The notes: generated from the sequence alone by a model not told the origin. 64,000 bases of DNA from Lama glama (GCA_028534125.1 CM052818.1:49726001-49790000), one strand, 5' to 3'. Shown: positions 36,640 to 51,179, counted from the stretch's first letter. Made by a program: numbers and translations.

Positions 36640-37960
36640 GACCCAAAGTTCTACCGTCAGCATTGCCAATGGCTTGGACGCCCCTATGTCCCTCCCTAGT
36701 CAGACCTTCCCTTGCCATCACCTCCACCCCCTCCCCAACTGAACTGGGTAGTATCATCACCATGGTTTTGTGTTTGTATTCCTAAAATAGTATATAGTTT
36801 AATTTACATGTTTTGAAATTTGTGTAGAAAATCAGACTGTTTATATTTCTCCCCATTCCATCTGCCAAATTAGGTTTGTGGGATTTAGACAGTGATGCCT
36901 TCAATATGGGATGGCTTGTTCGTTTTCACTGCTGTATAATATTCCGTTTTAATATACTACCATTTCTTCATTTATTATGCTGTGTTTGGGCAGTGGTTGT
37001 TCCAGATTTTTATTTTGGGGACTTTGGAAAGGGGGCAGTATTTTGTTTGGATTTGCTGTTTGTAACATTCACAGTCAGTGCTTATGGTGCCCATGTGTAG
37101 AACTTCCTCTATGATACATAGATAATGGGACCCCTTTTGTCTCAACCAGGACTCGTGAGAGTGAAAAGAGGTGCTTAATTTTACAGAAACCATGGGTATA
37201 AAGTGGAATCATCCTAGAAAAATCAATTTGTATGGCTGAGGAAGTCACTGGACATGTGTTTGTGAAATGTGGGTCTCTTTCACTGTTTGGATCTTTGTTT
37301 CAGATATTTTTCTGTTGGATCATTTACTGTCCTATTGATCTGAAGGAATTTTAATGTATTCTTGATATTAAGTCTAAAAATATCAGGGGAAGGGTAGAGT
37401 TCAGTGGTAGAGTGCATGCTTAGCACACACAAAGTCCTGGCTTCAGTCCCTAGTCCTTCCATAAAAAAAAAAAATCTAAATCTAACAATGTCAAGTGTAG
37501 TGAATATGTTGAACAAGAATATTTACATACCACTACTAAGTGTGTGGATTGGTACAAGCACTTAGGGAAGAATTTGGCGTTATCTGATAAAGGGGTGGAT
37601 TCTCTGTGATCCACTGCGCACACACATACAGAGGGAGGCGTGTACAAGAGTATTTATAGCAGCACTAGATTCAAAAACCTGACACCTCAAACATCCGTCA
37701 ACAGAAGAGTGAGGTGGTGACACCGTCACACAGCAGAGCGTCAGCAGCACAGATGAGTGAGTCACAGCCCCACACCCCTTCCCAGGATGAACCTCAAGGC
37801 TCAAAGTGGGGAGGGCAAATTAAGTCAAAAACTGAAAAAAGTCAGTAACACATTGTTTGAGGAAATAAATGTGGAAAATTAAAGAAAAACGAGTACAACA
37901 AATCTCAGAATATTAGCTCTGGAAGGAGAAGGAAGTGGGTATTAGGGTGTATTGTCTTAG
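36640..37960. mobile_element. Ancient degenerate L1 fragments (both orientations, split by a SINE)
   Basis: L1 3'-like phrases such as TTCACTGCTGTATAATATTCC and GAGTATTTATAGCAGCACT. Confidence 0.55.
37386..37473 (+). mobile_element. tRNA-derived camelid SINE
   Basis: GGGGAAGGGTAGAGTTCAGTGGTAGAGTGCATGCTTAGC... ending in polyA. Confidence 0.8.
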
Positions 37961-40900
37961 CTACAGGTTACAAACATTGTTTTGTAGCCACTCAATAATT
38001 AGTAAGAATTGTTTGTAGAAAATGTACCTTCGGAAGAGTCAGGGAGGCCAGCAAGAACCTTCTGAGGTTTCTAATGAAAGAAGCAAGAAACCCGAGATGC
38101 GCTTCCACCGCAGTCCCTTCCCATCTGACGCCTCCCGGGGCGTGGAGGCCACAGTTGCTCAGTTTCCTCTCGGTCATCTCCGGGCTTGGCCCCTTGACAG
38201 CAGGGCAGTGCTGCCTTATGCTGGTGTCTGAGTCTCTGTGGCCCTCCTGCTTTGCCAGTGGTTTTTAAGAAATGTGTAGTTTCTATTGAGAAACTAAGGT
38301 AAACAGTTTAATTTTTACTCTGGGTTGGGCAACATCTGTGGTAACAGTGTCACTAGGAAATGGAAGCTGATTTTCTAAATGAGACTGGATTAGTAACAAG
38401 GTTACTGAAGAGAATGAAAACATAGTNNNNNNNNNNNNNNNNNNNNNNNNNNNNNNNNNNNNNNNNNNNNNNNNNNNNNNNNNNNNNNNNNNNNNNNNNN
38501 NNNNNNNNNNNNNNNNNNNNNNNNNNNNNNNNNNNNNNNNNNNNNNNNNNNNNNNNNNNNNNNNNNNNNNNNNNNNNNNNNNNNNNNNNNNNNNNNNNNN
38601 NNNNNNNNNNNNNNNNNNNNNNNNNNNNNNNNNNNNNNNNNNNNNNNNNNNNNNNNNNNNNNNNNNNNNNNNNNNNNNNNNNNNNNNNNNNNNNNNNNNN
38701 NNNNNNNNNNNNNNNNNNNNNNNNNNNNNNNNNNNNNNNNNNNNNNNNNNNNNNNNNNNNNNNNNNNNNNNNNNNNNNNNNNNNNNNNNNNNNNNNNNNN
38801 NNNNNNNNNNNNNNNNNNNNNNNNNNNNNNNNNNNNNNNNNNNNNNNNNNNNNNNNNNNNNNNNNNNNNNNNNNNNNNNNNNNNNNNNNNNNNNNNNNNN
38901 NNNNNNNNNNNNNNNNNNNNNNNNNNGAGGGTCATACTGGGCATACAAGCAGCCCCCACACCCAACCCTAGCAAGGCAAAAGCAAGTGGGGGTCCCAGGG
39001 GGAGACAAGCAAAGGGAATGGCCAGGATTCCAGGACAGCAATGACTGGGGCGCAGGAACAATGTCCTGCCTTGCTCTTGGGGTTGTGAGCCCACACCACA
39101 CGCTCTGAGAACTTTGTGGTGTCCGCGGAGTTATCACCTCAGGAGTCACTGCGTTGTGGTGCCACCACGGGCATTCCCTTTGCCTGGTGGTGTCCGCACA
39201 CTAGTGCAGACTGGCCTCTGGCTGGATGGCCACTGGCGCCTGAGACCACTGATGTGCACGTGGCAGGTAAGAAGCAGAAAAAGTGGTAGCCTTTGGCACA
39301 CCCAATAGAATGAACTCCTCAGAGTCACAGTTCCTGTTTGTATCACATGAACCCAAAAGACAGAGCTCTTGGGTGATTAGAAATTAGTTTTAGCAACTGC
39401 CTCGAACAGAAAAAAGTCCATAGCAGGCTGCGAGGAGGGGTCCAGAGTGATACTGGTTTAGCATGCTAATAATTTGGCACTTTGTTGTATTAAATATTAA
39501 ATAGCAGCCAGAAACCATCCCTGCTCAGAAATGTTTTTTGTTCTGGAGAGTTTGTCTTTTGCATGAGGCTGGGATGGAGTTGGGTGTGCAAAGGCACCAA
39601 TCTCATAACCAGGCTCGTAGCCCTTACAGAAGTCCACATGTTCTTTCTATAATAAACTGTGAAATCAATCTGCCAGGGAAACCTATTCTGTACGTGCTAA
39701 GTGGCAGCTTGCTTGTATTTATCAGGTCAAGAAGCAAGATTTGTGAAATGCAAGGGCATCTTTGTCACTTTAATGGGCTCACATCATTCTGCTCATTACA
39801 AATTGGAATTCGGCACAGAGCAGGGAACGAGCACAGCTCACACACAATGCTGTTTTCCAGGGCGTTTCAATTAAAAGTAATAGTGCTGGATGAGCTTACA
39901 ATTTCATACCCATCTTGGCTTTCCTGCTCTGAAGATCATAAATCCAGGAAGGGGCCCCGATGACAGTCTGCAGGTGGAGAAGACAGAGGGGCACACAGGG
40001 GACCGAGCACCAGGCTCTCGGCTGTCCCGCAGGTGCCTCAGGCAGCACGTCCTCAAGGGGGCGAATCTTGAAGAGCTTTAGAGATTATTTCTGGATCCAC
40101 ACTATACACACTGGCTGCTTGTTAGCACTTGAGACGAAAGGACTCGGCCCGAGGAGAAAGCCAGCCTGGCAGGGACCTTCTGGTGCTGGGGCTGGTGGCG
40201 CTCCTGTGCCCTGTGCACAGAGTGTGCGGGACCTCGTTCCTCAAGGGTCTGCTTCACCTGGAACTCCAGGACGCACAGGTCAGTGGATTCCAAGAAGCAG
40301 TGACTTTAAAGGAACGTCCTGGCCTGAACCAGGGAGGCTCTCCTGAGGCTGAGGTCTCTGGGAGAAGGTGGCGGGCGCTCGCCCAGCCGGGCGGGGGAGG
40401 CTGGAGGGCTCAGGACCCCAGTCTAGACCGTCTTTCAAGCGGGCTTTGGGGGCTCCGCACCGTCGAGCCACGACCCGGTCGGCCCGGCGGGCGTGGTCAC
40501 AGCGCGGCCTTCGCCGGCCCCTCCGCTTCCGCACCGAAATCCATCCCGTCCAGGCGACCCACCGAAACCTCAGAAAACCAGCTTGTTAATGAGGAAATCG
40601 TCAGTTCACACTGTTTAACTTACGTATTTTTTACAAGGTGCCTCCCTGTGCCCCCAGCAAATAGCCTTCCTTCTAAATGAAATAAGATTTCCCTCTCACG
40701 GCCAGCCGCCGTGGACGGACTTCCCTGCTTGTGGGACAGAAGCAGAGACTCTCTTCCGCGGAGAAGGACCAATCACTTGTGTGCCTTGCACTTGAATTTG
40801 TGGAGTGAACCCGCCCGATGCACCGTTAACGCCTCCACATCCCTCAGGACCCAAGAACCCGCAGGTTCCCTGCAGCGCGACATCCCTGCGGCCATCTCAG

Positions 40901-43900
40901 AACTGTCCTGCGGCCTCTTTAAGCTGCTGAAGACTCATGGGCTTTCCCGTCTCTAAACGGAGGTACTTTGGAAGGAGGTGCCGGCATAGTCCCGTGCCAC
41001 AGGCCCCTTCTTAGATCCTCTGCCCCTGCTCCCTGCCCTGTCCCCAAACCCTTCCCTGGCTTTCTTCCTTTCCTCCAAGCCTTGCTTCACTCCCACAGCC
41101 CCACCCAGTTCCACCTGAAGCCTTGGAATGGCCCCACCGAACCGCAAACCAAGCTGTTACCACGGCACAAGGGAGCCGGCTGGAACCTGTCAGGAGGAAT
41201 GCCGTCCGCCCAAACGTCACCGTCACACAGAAGCCAGGGCGAGACCAGGGCAGAAAGGGCCCCCCTCTACAGCCAGTCCCCAGACTTCCCCCGTCACCGT
41301 GTGGGCAGTTGGATGAGGGCAGCGGGGCGAGGTCTGCAGTCCAGTCCCTCAAACACTGCCTTCCTTCCTCTCCACAGTCACTTGGGTAAGTGCTTTGAAC
41401 TGTGACCCTGCAGGTCCCCTTTTACTAAACCTTCTCTCCACGACCCCTTTATTCTGAATGCCCACAGAAGGTCAAGGAGAAGCGGCCTCCCTTCAGAAGG
41501 CAGTGTCTGTGAGGTGCAGTGACAAGTGGACACGACTGAGGTCCCCGCGCCCAGCCCTCGGCGAGCCAGCTCCTCACAGCACCTGGGTGGACGGAAAGTC
41601 CTTCCCCGAAGACAGACAGGGAGGCCTAGGAGCTGAAGCTGTTTCCCGGAGTCACACAGGTGGAGTCTGTGAGTGGCAGGGGTTACTTTTAAAGCTAGGT
41701 CCCACCTTGTCGGATAGGGTGTCCCGGGGAACCCTGCTGTCTGGACAAAGCCCCGCTGGTCAGCCCACCTCGACAGCTATGAGTTTAAAGAACACGGCAT
41801 GGAGGCAAACGTCCGCAGACTTTTATTTCCCTGTTTCAGGTCCTTCTGACCAAAAGCTGTGTTATGATTTCTCTGCAAGAAAAAGATGAGGACATTGCAT
41901 GTGGAAGGAAGCACGTTTTGTGGGTTCTTAGTTGGACTGTTCCCCACATCACTGGACCCCGGGTTTTCCTCTGGACCGTGGAACACGGGGGAAATCAAAT
42001 TTGCTGCATTTGTCTTAAAGGAACAAAGGTCAATCAAGGCCAAGACCCACTGGTGCTAAGGGCGCCCTTGCCAGAACACCCGTGGCTGTGTGTCCGCGGA
42101 CTTCAGTCTCTGACCTGCAGGGTGCGGCGTCAGGCCCCAGGGAGATGCCCGCCCTCTGGCCGGGAAGGGGTGGAGGCGGGCAGCCCACATGATGTGCCAG
42201 TGCAGGAACCGGTTCACCTGCAACACGCATCAGGCTTCAGCCCACACTTGCTGAAAAGGTATCCGAAGATGAGTGTTTACCAAGTGTCTGAAATCAGCGT
42301 GTGTGCTCACACATGAGGGGGACCGTCACTTTCCTTATGGGGGGTCCCCTCCCTTGTAACTGGGGGAGCAGAGGGCTTAGCATCTTCAAGGAAAATCATA
42401 GCCCCGGACAGAAGCCATGCATTGCATGTACCCGAAGGTTCCAGGCTTTGGATCACTGGGTCAGAGCGCCGTGCTAAAGATCCTCAGAGATGCCCTGATG
42501 CACAGACTGTTTGCAGATGCAACACTTCCACGCCCAGGCTGCACGTGTGGTGCTCCCAGACCAGACAGGACAAAGCGAGCCCCACCCAGAGGCCCAGAGC
42601 CATGTGCATCCCAGTCTGCCTGGAGCCGGAGCTGACCTTCCTCTTGGTCTTTGTGATTTGGGCTGCCAGAGGGTGGGGAGACAGGGCGTGGAAAAGCCCT
42701 GGACGAGGTGGGGGGTGACTCAGGCATCAGTGCTCCCTGTGCCTGCTTCCTGGTCTCTAAAATCAGCGATGAGAGCAGCTCCCACTGTGATGTTCTTTTA
42801 TCTGCTGCACAAACCTATCTTAAGATTGCTTAGATCTGACCACGGCCTCACATAACCTAGTCCACGATCAGGACAGCGGGACTCAGGGCTAGAAAGACAG
42901 ACACACAGTCACAGACACAGACACAGGGACCGAGAAGCACAGACTTACAGACTTGGCAAAATTATTGTTTAAAGCCGGCGGCGGACAAACGTCGCGGGAA
43001 GTCACCACGTCCCTGGTGACCAGTTACGTACGATGCAGAGCAGAACATTTGAACCTGTACTTGGCGTGTCTAGTTTCAAAGAGCCAGTGGGGCGAGTGGA
43101 GGAAGGCTGGTGCGAGCGGACGCTCCGCCGCCGGTCTCTGTCCACAGGCCGCACCAGGCCGCGGGGGGGAGCATGCAGGAACCCAGATCGCATCTTTCTT
43201 GTACGAATGACCACCCTTCCACTTTTGTAAGGAGATTAAGTGGAATTCAGTTGTTTTCTGGACTCTGGTGGGAGCTGTAAGCAGCAGTCACACCACGGGT
43301 TTCAGGATGTGGAATAACTATGCCTCTCAAGTTAGTTTCTGGTGAGAAAATGCTCACATCACAGAAAAAGTCACCCTAATTGGCAACCTTGTTAGCAGCT
43401 GCTTCAGCAGAACGGCTACGTGCAAGACCCACAGTACCTCCCAGCAGACTCAGTTTTTTGAATAACTAAATTTCGGACACGCCCGAGAGCAATTAAATGC
43501 GGTTTTCATAATAAAACACTCGCAGAACCTTGGAGACAGTCATTTCAGATATGCTGCTATTCATGGTATTGTGTATTCAGTACTTAAGAAAACATTCAAG
43601 CTCATTCAATCCCGCGTATGCATCAGACTACACACGCACACACATGCACACACATGCACACAGACGTCTACGGAAAGGCAAAGCTGGGAAAAGCTGCGGT
43701 TCTGTTGCGGAAAGGGCGGTTTCCCAAAGACCCATCAACAGCCTTCAGGTTTTTGTTTCCATTTGCAAAACTAAACAGTAAACATTTGCCAGACTTGGTT
43801 GGCGGACTCGTAAGAGGAGGAAAGAAAACCCTCGTAAACACACGAGGGCAGCGGTCTGCCCTCCTGGTGCTCTGTGGGGTGGGCCGTCCCGCTTTATTCT

Positions 43901-45645
43901 GACAACGCGTGTCCTTGGACTTCGACATTTTACCGTTAAAAAAGTCCTGAAACACGCCGTGAAGAAATAGACCCAATAAAGATGAAGGTAGAAAGCTTGC
44001 TACAGGAAAAACAAGAATTATCTTTGAACTCTTGACATCATCTTCCAATCTGATGAACATGTCTGTTTGACACACTGTGCTCTTGACACACAGGGTCTGC
44101 GGAGATGACAGGGCAGAACAGCGGCCCCCAGAGCTGTCCACACCCCGATCCCCGGAACCTCACGTGGCAGGAGATGGGGCGGTTTCTCTGGGTCACCCCG
44201 CTCGGCCAGTGCCATCACAAGGGGCTTTAGAAGAGACGGAGGGAGGCGGGAGATGCTGCCGACTGAGACTGGAGGAGGGACTGCAGCCCGAGGAGCACAG
44301 GCGCCCCAGGAGCTGGAGAGGCAAAGGCGGAGCCTCCCGAGCCTCCAGGAGGAGCCCACCCACCGCGGCTTCCGTCCGCGTGGGCTCGTGTTGGACTTCC
44401 CAGCCACGGAGCAGCAAGGTCACTGTGTTGGTCATTAAGCACGTTACTTTGCTACAGCAGCCCTGGGGACGACGCCCGAATGAATCCCTGGCTTCTCGCA
44501 GACCTCATGCAGCCACATCCACCTGCAGCGCCTGGCTTACTTCTGCGCAACTTGAGCATCTAGGGAAGAGGCAGGAAGAGAGACCGCGGTGGCAATGAGT
44601 GCAGCAGGCTCCTGGAAACGCTGACATCCCGAGGGCGGAACCATCAAGCCTCAGGAGGGAGGCCTGTCCTGCATCTGCCAGGGTCCCCGCCTGCAGGAGC
44701 CCCTCCCGCACAGGCCCCGCCCCAGCTTTCTCTGTTTCCTCCCAGAGGTGGATGGAGCGGCGCTGGGGCCAGACTGGCGGGCACCCGACTGGGTGTGCAC
44801 AAGGTCTGCGGAGAGGACCCCTCCTTCCAGGGGTGGATGGAGAGGGAAACTTCCCAAGCCTCAGAGCACGAGTCTGGGAGCCTGTCTCCCGCCTCCCTTC
44901 CGACGTCCCAGGTGCTGCCCGACTACGCAGAGCTGACCCCTGAACATCGGGCGCCTCCTACAGGGAGCCCACCGTGCTGGGCTTTCCGGGCTTTTTGCCT
45001 CCTTCAGTCGCCATCAGTGTTCCCACGTATTTACGTGAGCGATCACGGTGCCTGCGTGGGAATCAGCCAGAAGGAGCTTGAGCTCTTCTGCCAGGTGAGG
45101 GTTGATGGGTTTTTACAAACTGCCCAACTCGAGTTACCGCTGCAGGCGAAAGCTGCGTACCCGGACTGACGGCAGGCTCGGCAGCCCGAGGGCCTGAGCT
45201 CTGGCCCATGTGGTTACTCCCAAGGGTGAGGGGGCCGCTGGTGGCCCCAAGAGGCCGGGGTGTGTCTGGGGGACAGTCTGTGACTCAGCAAAGGTTTGTC
45301 CAACTCGGACAACCCCACACGCTTCCCAAGGGGGCAGGATTGTTGCTGTGACCTTTTCAAAAGTCATTCATCCATAGCATCGCTAGCACGTTTTCCCCTA
45401 AACATCCCACTCTACAAAGAAAACACTGGCACCCAGGACAAAAATGCGAAGAAAAATGTAAGTCATAGTTTTATTTACCATTGAAAACTCTTAACTGATC
45501 TAATGTTTTAATTTAGAAAATAGTTAAGGAAGTTAGGATAAGTTTACTAAATAAAGCATCGTACAGACTCTTAAAATAGTGTTTAGGGAGAACTTCAATG
45601 CCACCAGGAAGGAGCATAACAAAGTGAGGCATCAAAACCTAGTAG

Positions 45646-46357
45646 GTTGCAGTCACTGTGGAAAACAGCATGGAGATTCCTCAAAAAACTAGAAATAAAG
45701 TTACCATATGATTCAGCAGCCCCACTCCTGGGCATATATCCAGAGCAAACTGTAATTCTAAAAGATACATGCACCCCGAAGTTCATAGCAGCACTATTTA
45801 CAACAGCCAAGACGTGGAAGCAACCTAAATGCCCATCGACAGAGGACTGGATAAAGAAGTTGTGGTATAGTTATACAATGGAATACTACTCAGCCACAAA
45901 AAAGAATGAAGTAATGCCATTTGCAGCAACATGGATGGAACTGTCGATCCTCACTCTAAGTGAAGTAAGCCAGAAAGAGAAAGAAAAATACCACATGGTA
46001 TCACTCATGCGTGGAATCTAAAAAAAGGGAAAAAGAGACACTGATGAACTCATCTACAAAAGAGAAACAGACTCACGGTTACCAGGGGGAAAGAGGGTGG
46101 GAAGGGGTAAACTGGGAGTTCGAGATTTGCAAATATTAACTACTATATGTAGTAGATAGAAAACAAACTACTTCTGTACAGCACAGGGAAGTATTTTCAG
46201 TATCTCGTAGTAACCTGTGGTGAAAAAGAACATGAAAACGAACATACATATGCACACGTATGACTGAGCCATGATGCTGTGCTCCAGAAACTGACACAAC
46301 GTTGTAAACTGACTCTACTTCAATTAAAAACGAAAACAAGAACAAAACAAAACAAAA
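45646..46357 (+). mobile_element. 5'-truncated, relatively young L1 (ORF2 C-terminus, 3'UTR, (AAAAC)n tail) with TSD
   Basis: ORF 45647-46021 SLWKTAWRFLKKLEIKLPYDSAAPLLGIYP...WKQPKCPSTEDWIKKLW is the L1 ORF2 C-terminus. CAAAACCTAGTAG is duplicated at 45633-45645 and 46358-46370. Confidence 0.92.
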
Positions 46358-47973
46358 CAAAACCTAGTAGATGTTTATAGATGTTAGAAATAGTGAAACC
46401 AGAGGCGGTTCTTATTTTTCTCTTCCGTTTTCCTTATTTACTATAATTTGCTTACAATGGGCCTATATTTGTTATCAAAGACCAAGTAAAACATTTTAAA
46501 TGCACCAGAAATAGAAATATGCCTGATGTTTCAGGCTTCACTCCGCATGCGGCTTGCCTCTTGCCCTGTGATGGACGTCCCTCCGGCAGCCCCTTCAGTG
46601 TCTGCCCCGTGGACGCCAGTGTCACCAGGCGAGGAGGCCCGCACCATACCTCCAACCACAGAGGGAGCCTGCCGTCGGGTGGTGACCCCACCTCCCCAGA
46701 CCAGCATTCTCTGTTCCTTCTTGTAAAGTCCAGTCATTGCAAGCAGGGCACTCGGGAGAAACGCAGAAGTGAAGGAGAGGTGCACCTCGGCCAGCCGAGA
46801 TGCACTGTGTCTCCATCAGGGCCAAGAAACGCACGTGTAACTGGACCACCCGAGCCACCAGCGAACAGCTGGCCCAAGGATGAAAGCTGTGTGACCAGGG
46901 TCTGAGAGCGTTTTCTAGAACGCCTTATCCTCACAGCAAACTGACCCGCGACTGATTCGAGAGCTTCTTCTGAGCATTTGGTGAAAATAGTAGGTACTCA
47001 ATGAACCCAAGACATGAAAAGAGGTTTGTCTGAAGTTACCCCAGTCTCAGTTAGGGGCAAAATGTAAACTAAGGCTCAGCCCCTTTTGTTATCGGCACTT
47101 CATCCCCGTGTCGGATGGCTGGGAGGAAGACGGACCCCAGCCCCCACCGGCTCACCGTTCTGGCTCCCTCTTCCCTGTCCCGGACCAAAGGGTCTGCCGT
47201 CCTCTCCCACCTCCTGTCACCTCACTGTTCGTCAGGGCAGCCTGTTCCCTCTCCCTCCGGCCCAAGCTGCAGATTCCAGGTGAAGGCTCACCCCTTCCAG
47301 GGCCTCTTTCTGAACCCGAGTGATTTCTCAGCCGTCCACGCTCACAGCCCTTGGTGAGCTTGCAGGGGCGGGCGGTGTTTTTAGCTCCAGGAGACACCGG
47401 GCATCTCCTCAGCTTTGCAGCCTGGGGGCCAGTGCCGTATCTCTTAAAACTGATTCCTAGCTTCTTAAATACGAGAGCACGCATTATAGGGCAGGTGTTC
47501 TGTGGGCAGACTGGATGGGAGTGAGGAGGAGGGACAGGAGCTGGGAACGGGGCGAGGTCCTGTCCACACCCCCAGCTCACCAGTGTCGTGTCCTCAGGAC
47601 AAAGGAAGGGCCCCTCTCCCTTCTGTTTGTCCCCCACCCCCCAGGGGGGCTTCTGAGTGTGCTCTGTGCAGTGCCCTAGCTTCCAAAATTCGCTTTTTTC
47701 CCTCCTCTATCTGAATCTTTCTAGAACATTCTGCTGCTTAAACAATTCACATACCAGATCATTCCCTTCTTCAGGACAAATTCTTAATGCTCATGTCCTA
47801 AATTCTCATTTCTATGTACAAAGAAATGTCTTTTAAAGTTTTAAAATAAAAATCATGTATGTATTTAAATCAAATTTCCACACCTTAGTTTAAAAGGTAA
47901 CTTTTTCTGCAACTTTTTTAGAGTCAAAGAGAGTAATTTATAAAAATAGCCTGGCTAGTGCTACTATGGCACC

Positions 47974-48211
47974 AAAGAAAGAGAAAGAAAAAAAGGAGGG
48001 CAGGAAGGAGGGAGGGAGAGGAAGGAGGGAGGGAGGAGGAAAGGAGGAAGGAGGGAGGGAGAGGAAGGAAGGAGGGAGGGAGAGGAAGGAAGGAGGGAGG
48101 GAGAAGGAAAGAAGGAAGGAGGGAGGGAGGAGGAAAGGAGGAAGGAGGGAGGGAGGGAGGAAGGAGGGAAGGAGGAGGGAGGGAGGGAGGGAGGAGGGAG
48201 GGAGGAGGAAA
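47974..48211 (+). repeat. Polypurine (GGAG/GGAA) low-complexity tract
   Basis: Only A and G from 48002 to 48211; a single C at 48001. Confidence 0.95.
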
Positions 48212-48214
48212 TGA

Positions 48215-48854
48215 AGAAAGCCGTAGGACAGCGCACTCCAGAGGCAGCCTCCCGCCCCGGGGCTGCGGCTCTGGCTGGCGCCGTGGCCCTGTCACCGCCG
48301 CCTCCCCGAGGACGCACCGCACTGCGCGGTAACTGGGAGGGAGGGCCGGCACCCCATGAAGGAGGGGCCACGACGGCGCTGGCTGCAGGGTGAGAGCTGC
48401 CCCTTCGCCCCCCGACTTCGGGCTGAGTGGGCCCCTGGGACCCCTGAACCACCGCCAAGGCCAGCGCCACGCGGGGGCTCCTCGGGTGACGGCCCGCCAC
48501 GCCCAGCGCCCCGTGGGGCGAGCGGACTCCGCTAACGGAGGACTGGGGGGGAGCTTGCCAAACACCGCGGCCGCCGGACGCGCAGGGGAAGCAGCCGCGG
48601 GGCAGCAGGAGAGAGGGGTGGGGCTGACGCGGGGCCCGGGGGCCTGGCGGTGGGGGGGGGCGGGGACAGCGGCCGGGGTCCGCAGGCAGCGGGAGGCGGG
48701 CGGGGCGCCGCCTTCACTTCAGGCTGGACGTCCGCTCCCCCGGGTCCTTCCTCCGCGGGTCCCTGCTGCGTGCGTTTCACAGCACGTGCGGCCCCCTTTG
48801 CTCGAGTGCGCACCCCCGCGCACAGTTCTGCACGTGTTTGCCCGAAGGCACGAG
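48215..48854. promoter_or_regulatory. CpG island of an unassigned gene, truncated by the 100-N gap
   Basis: Very high GC and CpG density, with GGCGGG/GGGGCG boxes around 48650-48710. Confidence 0.6.
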
Positions 48855-50509
48855 NNNNNNNNNNNNNNNNNNNNNNNNNNNNNNNNNNNNNNNNNNNNNN
48901 NNNNNNNNNNNNNNNNNNNNNNNNNNNNNNNNNNNNNNNNNNNNNNNNNNNNNNCATCTCCTGCTTCGGTTTTTGCTTAATAAAGGTTAGCCATCGCTAC
49001 AAAAAGCACAGCTTCCTCCTCTGCCTCAGGAAGTGCCCCCCCCCCCCGCCCTCTGCCTGACTCCTGCCGGCATCTCTCCCCTTGCTGGGGGCCTCGACCT
49101 GCCGCTCCAGGTTCTCCCTCCCACTGCTCCAGTCTCCACATGCCCGCCCTTGCCTGCTTCTGCATTTCCAATTCAGTGTTCTTTGTGATGACTTTTAACT
49201 CATCTACTTTCAGGAAACACGTGAGCCAACTTGAAGTGAGGGATGCGAACAATTCATCATTAATAAAAGATCAAAGGGAAACGCTAGGGTGAGAGAGAAG
49301 TTTGCAGGGAAACAACGGTGACGCATTTAAAGTCTTTATTCTCCTAAACGTAGGACGCCCTTCCCTCTACTGCCTCCATCGATGGCTCGCCCCATGTCCC
49401 CTCCTCCCTGCAGCCTCCAGGCAGCCCTGCCGCCTGGTGACCTGTAACCCCTCCAACCCCCAGCGCTCATCCACGGCTACTTAGTCCGTGTGATGCAACT
49501 GTCAAGAGGATGTACTGGGGGTTAATTATTTTCAAGCACAAGTTCCACCTTTCTGCCCAGCCAGAGGTCTCCTCGCACACGTCCCCTGCTCGGGGAAAGG
49601 GCAGCTGTGCCCCAGGGTGGGAAGGAGAGGAGCCAGACAAGGAAGGGAATTCTGCTGCTTCCATGGGAAATTCAAATCACTCTGGAAGCAATAATGAAGT
49701 CAGTCCCCATGCGTTACTGGAAATTCAAGATTTTAATTGAGAATTTTATTTTCCCCAATATGAATCTTCTGAGCAAAAGAGATGTTCAGAACTAAGACCG
49801 GGTCAGTTTTCCAGTTTTTGTAGTTATTTGTAGCACACACCCACGCAGGTGCCACTAGGACGTGCAAAGAAACTGGTTCACCCGCGTGAGACCTGTCACT
49901 GTGCTGCAGGGGCCGCTGCCAGTTAGGAAGCCCTGTTCCGGGGAGCTGTTCCCGGGGCTGCAGTGTATTTATCTGCCCATGGTGGGAAAGGCCCTTCGTC
50001 TGGGCTCTGAGCAGTGGCGGCCACACACGGGGAGGAGCGCCAGCTGCTGTGTCAGAAGTTGTGGACATCCTTTACTTTACTGACTGTGTATTAATTCATG
50101 ACAAAAGCACAGCTTTGCTCCCCGACACTTTTCTGCAACTGGGGAGACTCATGAAAGAGGGAGACATATCAGGGCAAGAGGTCAGTTTGTCTTCTAAGAG
50201 AGCATCCTCCTGGTGTCTCTGGATGTCAAGATTTTTGGTGATCACCTCTTTGACCCTCTCTAACTCCTCTGGTCAAAGACAAAACACAGGAGTGGGCAGA
50301 TGGGTTTCCGAAGGCAGCTGGACTTGGAGTATCCTAAATGCAGTGGAGCCTGCCTGAGGGAGAGCTGACCTTCAGAGGGATGAGAGGCCAAGCTGGCCTG
50401 CAGACCCCAGGCCCCCATGGCCACCTTGAAGGTCATGCATGAAAAGTAACATTTTTTTTGTCCCAGTAGACAGATCGGGGTTTCTTAGGAAAGTGAGTAG
50501 GGGTTTAGA

Positions 50510-50721
50510 TCAGTGGGGCTGGCAGATCACAACCACAGGTCACACTGGGCGTTGCCTGGCATTGTACATAAAGATTTTGAAACAGACCCACCCATCAATT
50601 TCATATGTTCTGTGCTGCTTAGCATCATAATTACAGAGCTGAATAGTTGTGACAGGGACCACATGGCCCCAAAGTGGAAAATATTTACTACCTCACTCTT
50701 TACAAAGTTTGCTAACTCCTG
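50510..50721 (+). mobile_element. MER58A-like hAT DNA transposon fossil
   Basis: GAGCTGAATAGTTGTGACAGGGACCACATGGCCCC...AAAATATTTACTA...AAAGTTTGCTAACTCCTG, with CAG...CTG ends. Confidence 0.75.
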
Positions 50722-51179
50722 CTTTTGGTCATTCTTTAAGAAACAGCCCAGAGAGAGGCTGTAGCCTTGAGAACACAGCATAAAGGGAACACAGAGAGGC
50801 TGAGCCCCAGACAATAAACAGCATTTGTGATTTGCATGACAGTGAAAATTGCATTTTTAAAAAGCCAGAGAGAAACAAATGCACTGTATGGCCAGGTAAC
50901 GCCGATGTGAGCAGTCAAAGCCGTAGTAAGAAACAAAGGCATAGCACCCTGCGCCAGGAGTGACAGACGTCTGAGGACCTGACGGGGAGAAAGAGCCGAG
51001 GGGATGCGCAGGCACCTTCTGTTAGTGTCTGTTCATGGGTGTGCGTGTGCATGCCTGTGCAACTTCATGCACACGTCCACAAACACAAGCACGCACTCAC
51101 CAATATGCATGCAACCACACGTGCACACATTGCTGCCTCCCCAGCCTTACTGAAGAGCCGTGACTTTCACACCTCACCT

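Noticed and set aside
47924..48980. Several overlapping ORFs rich in G/R/E or P/S/L
   Set aside because: Products of the polypurine tract and CpG island; no recognisable protein.
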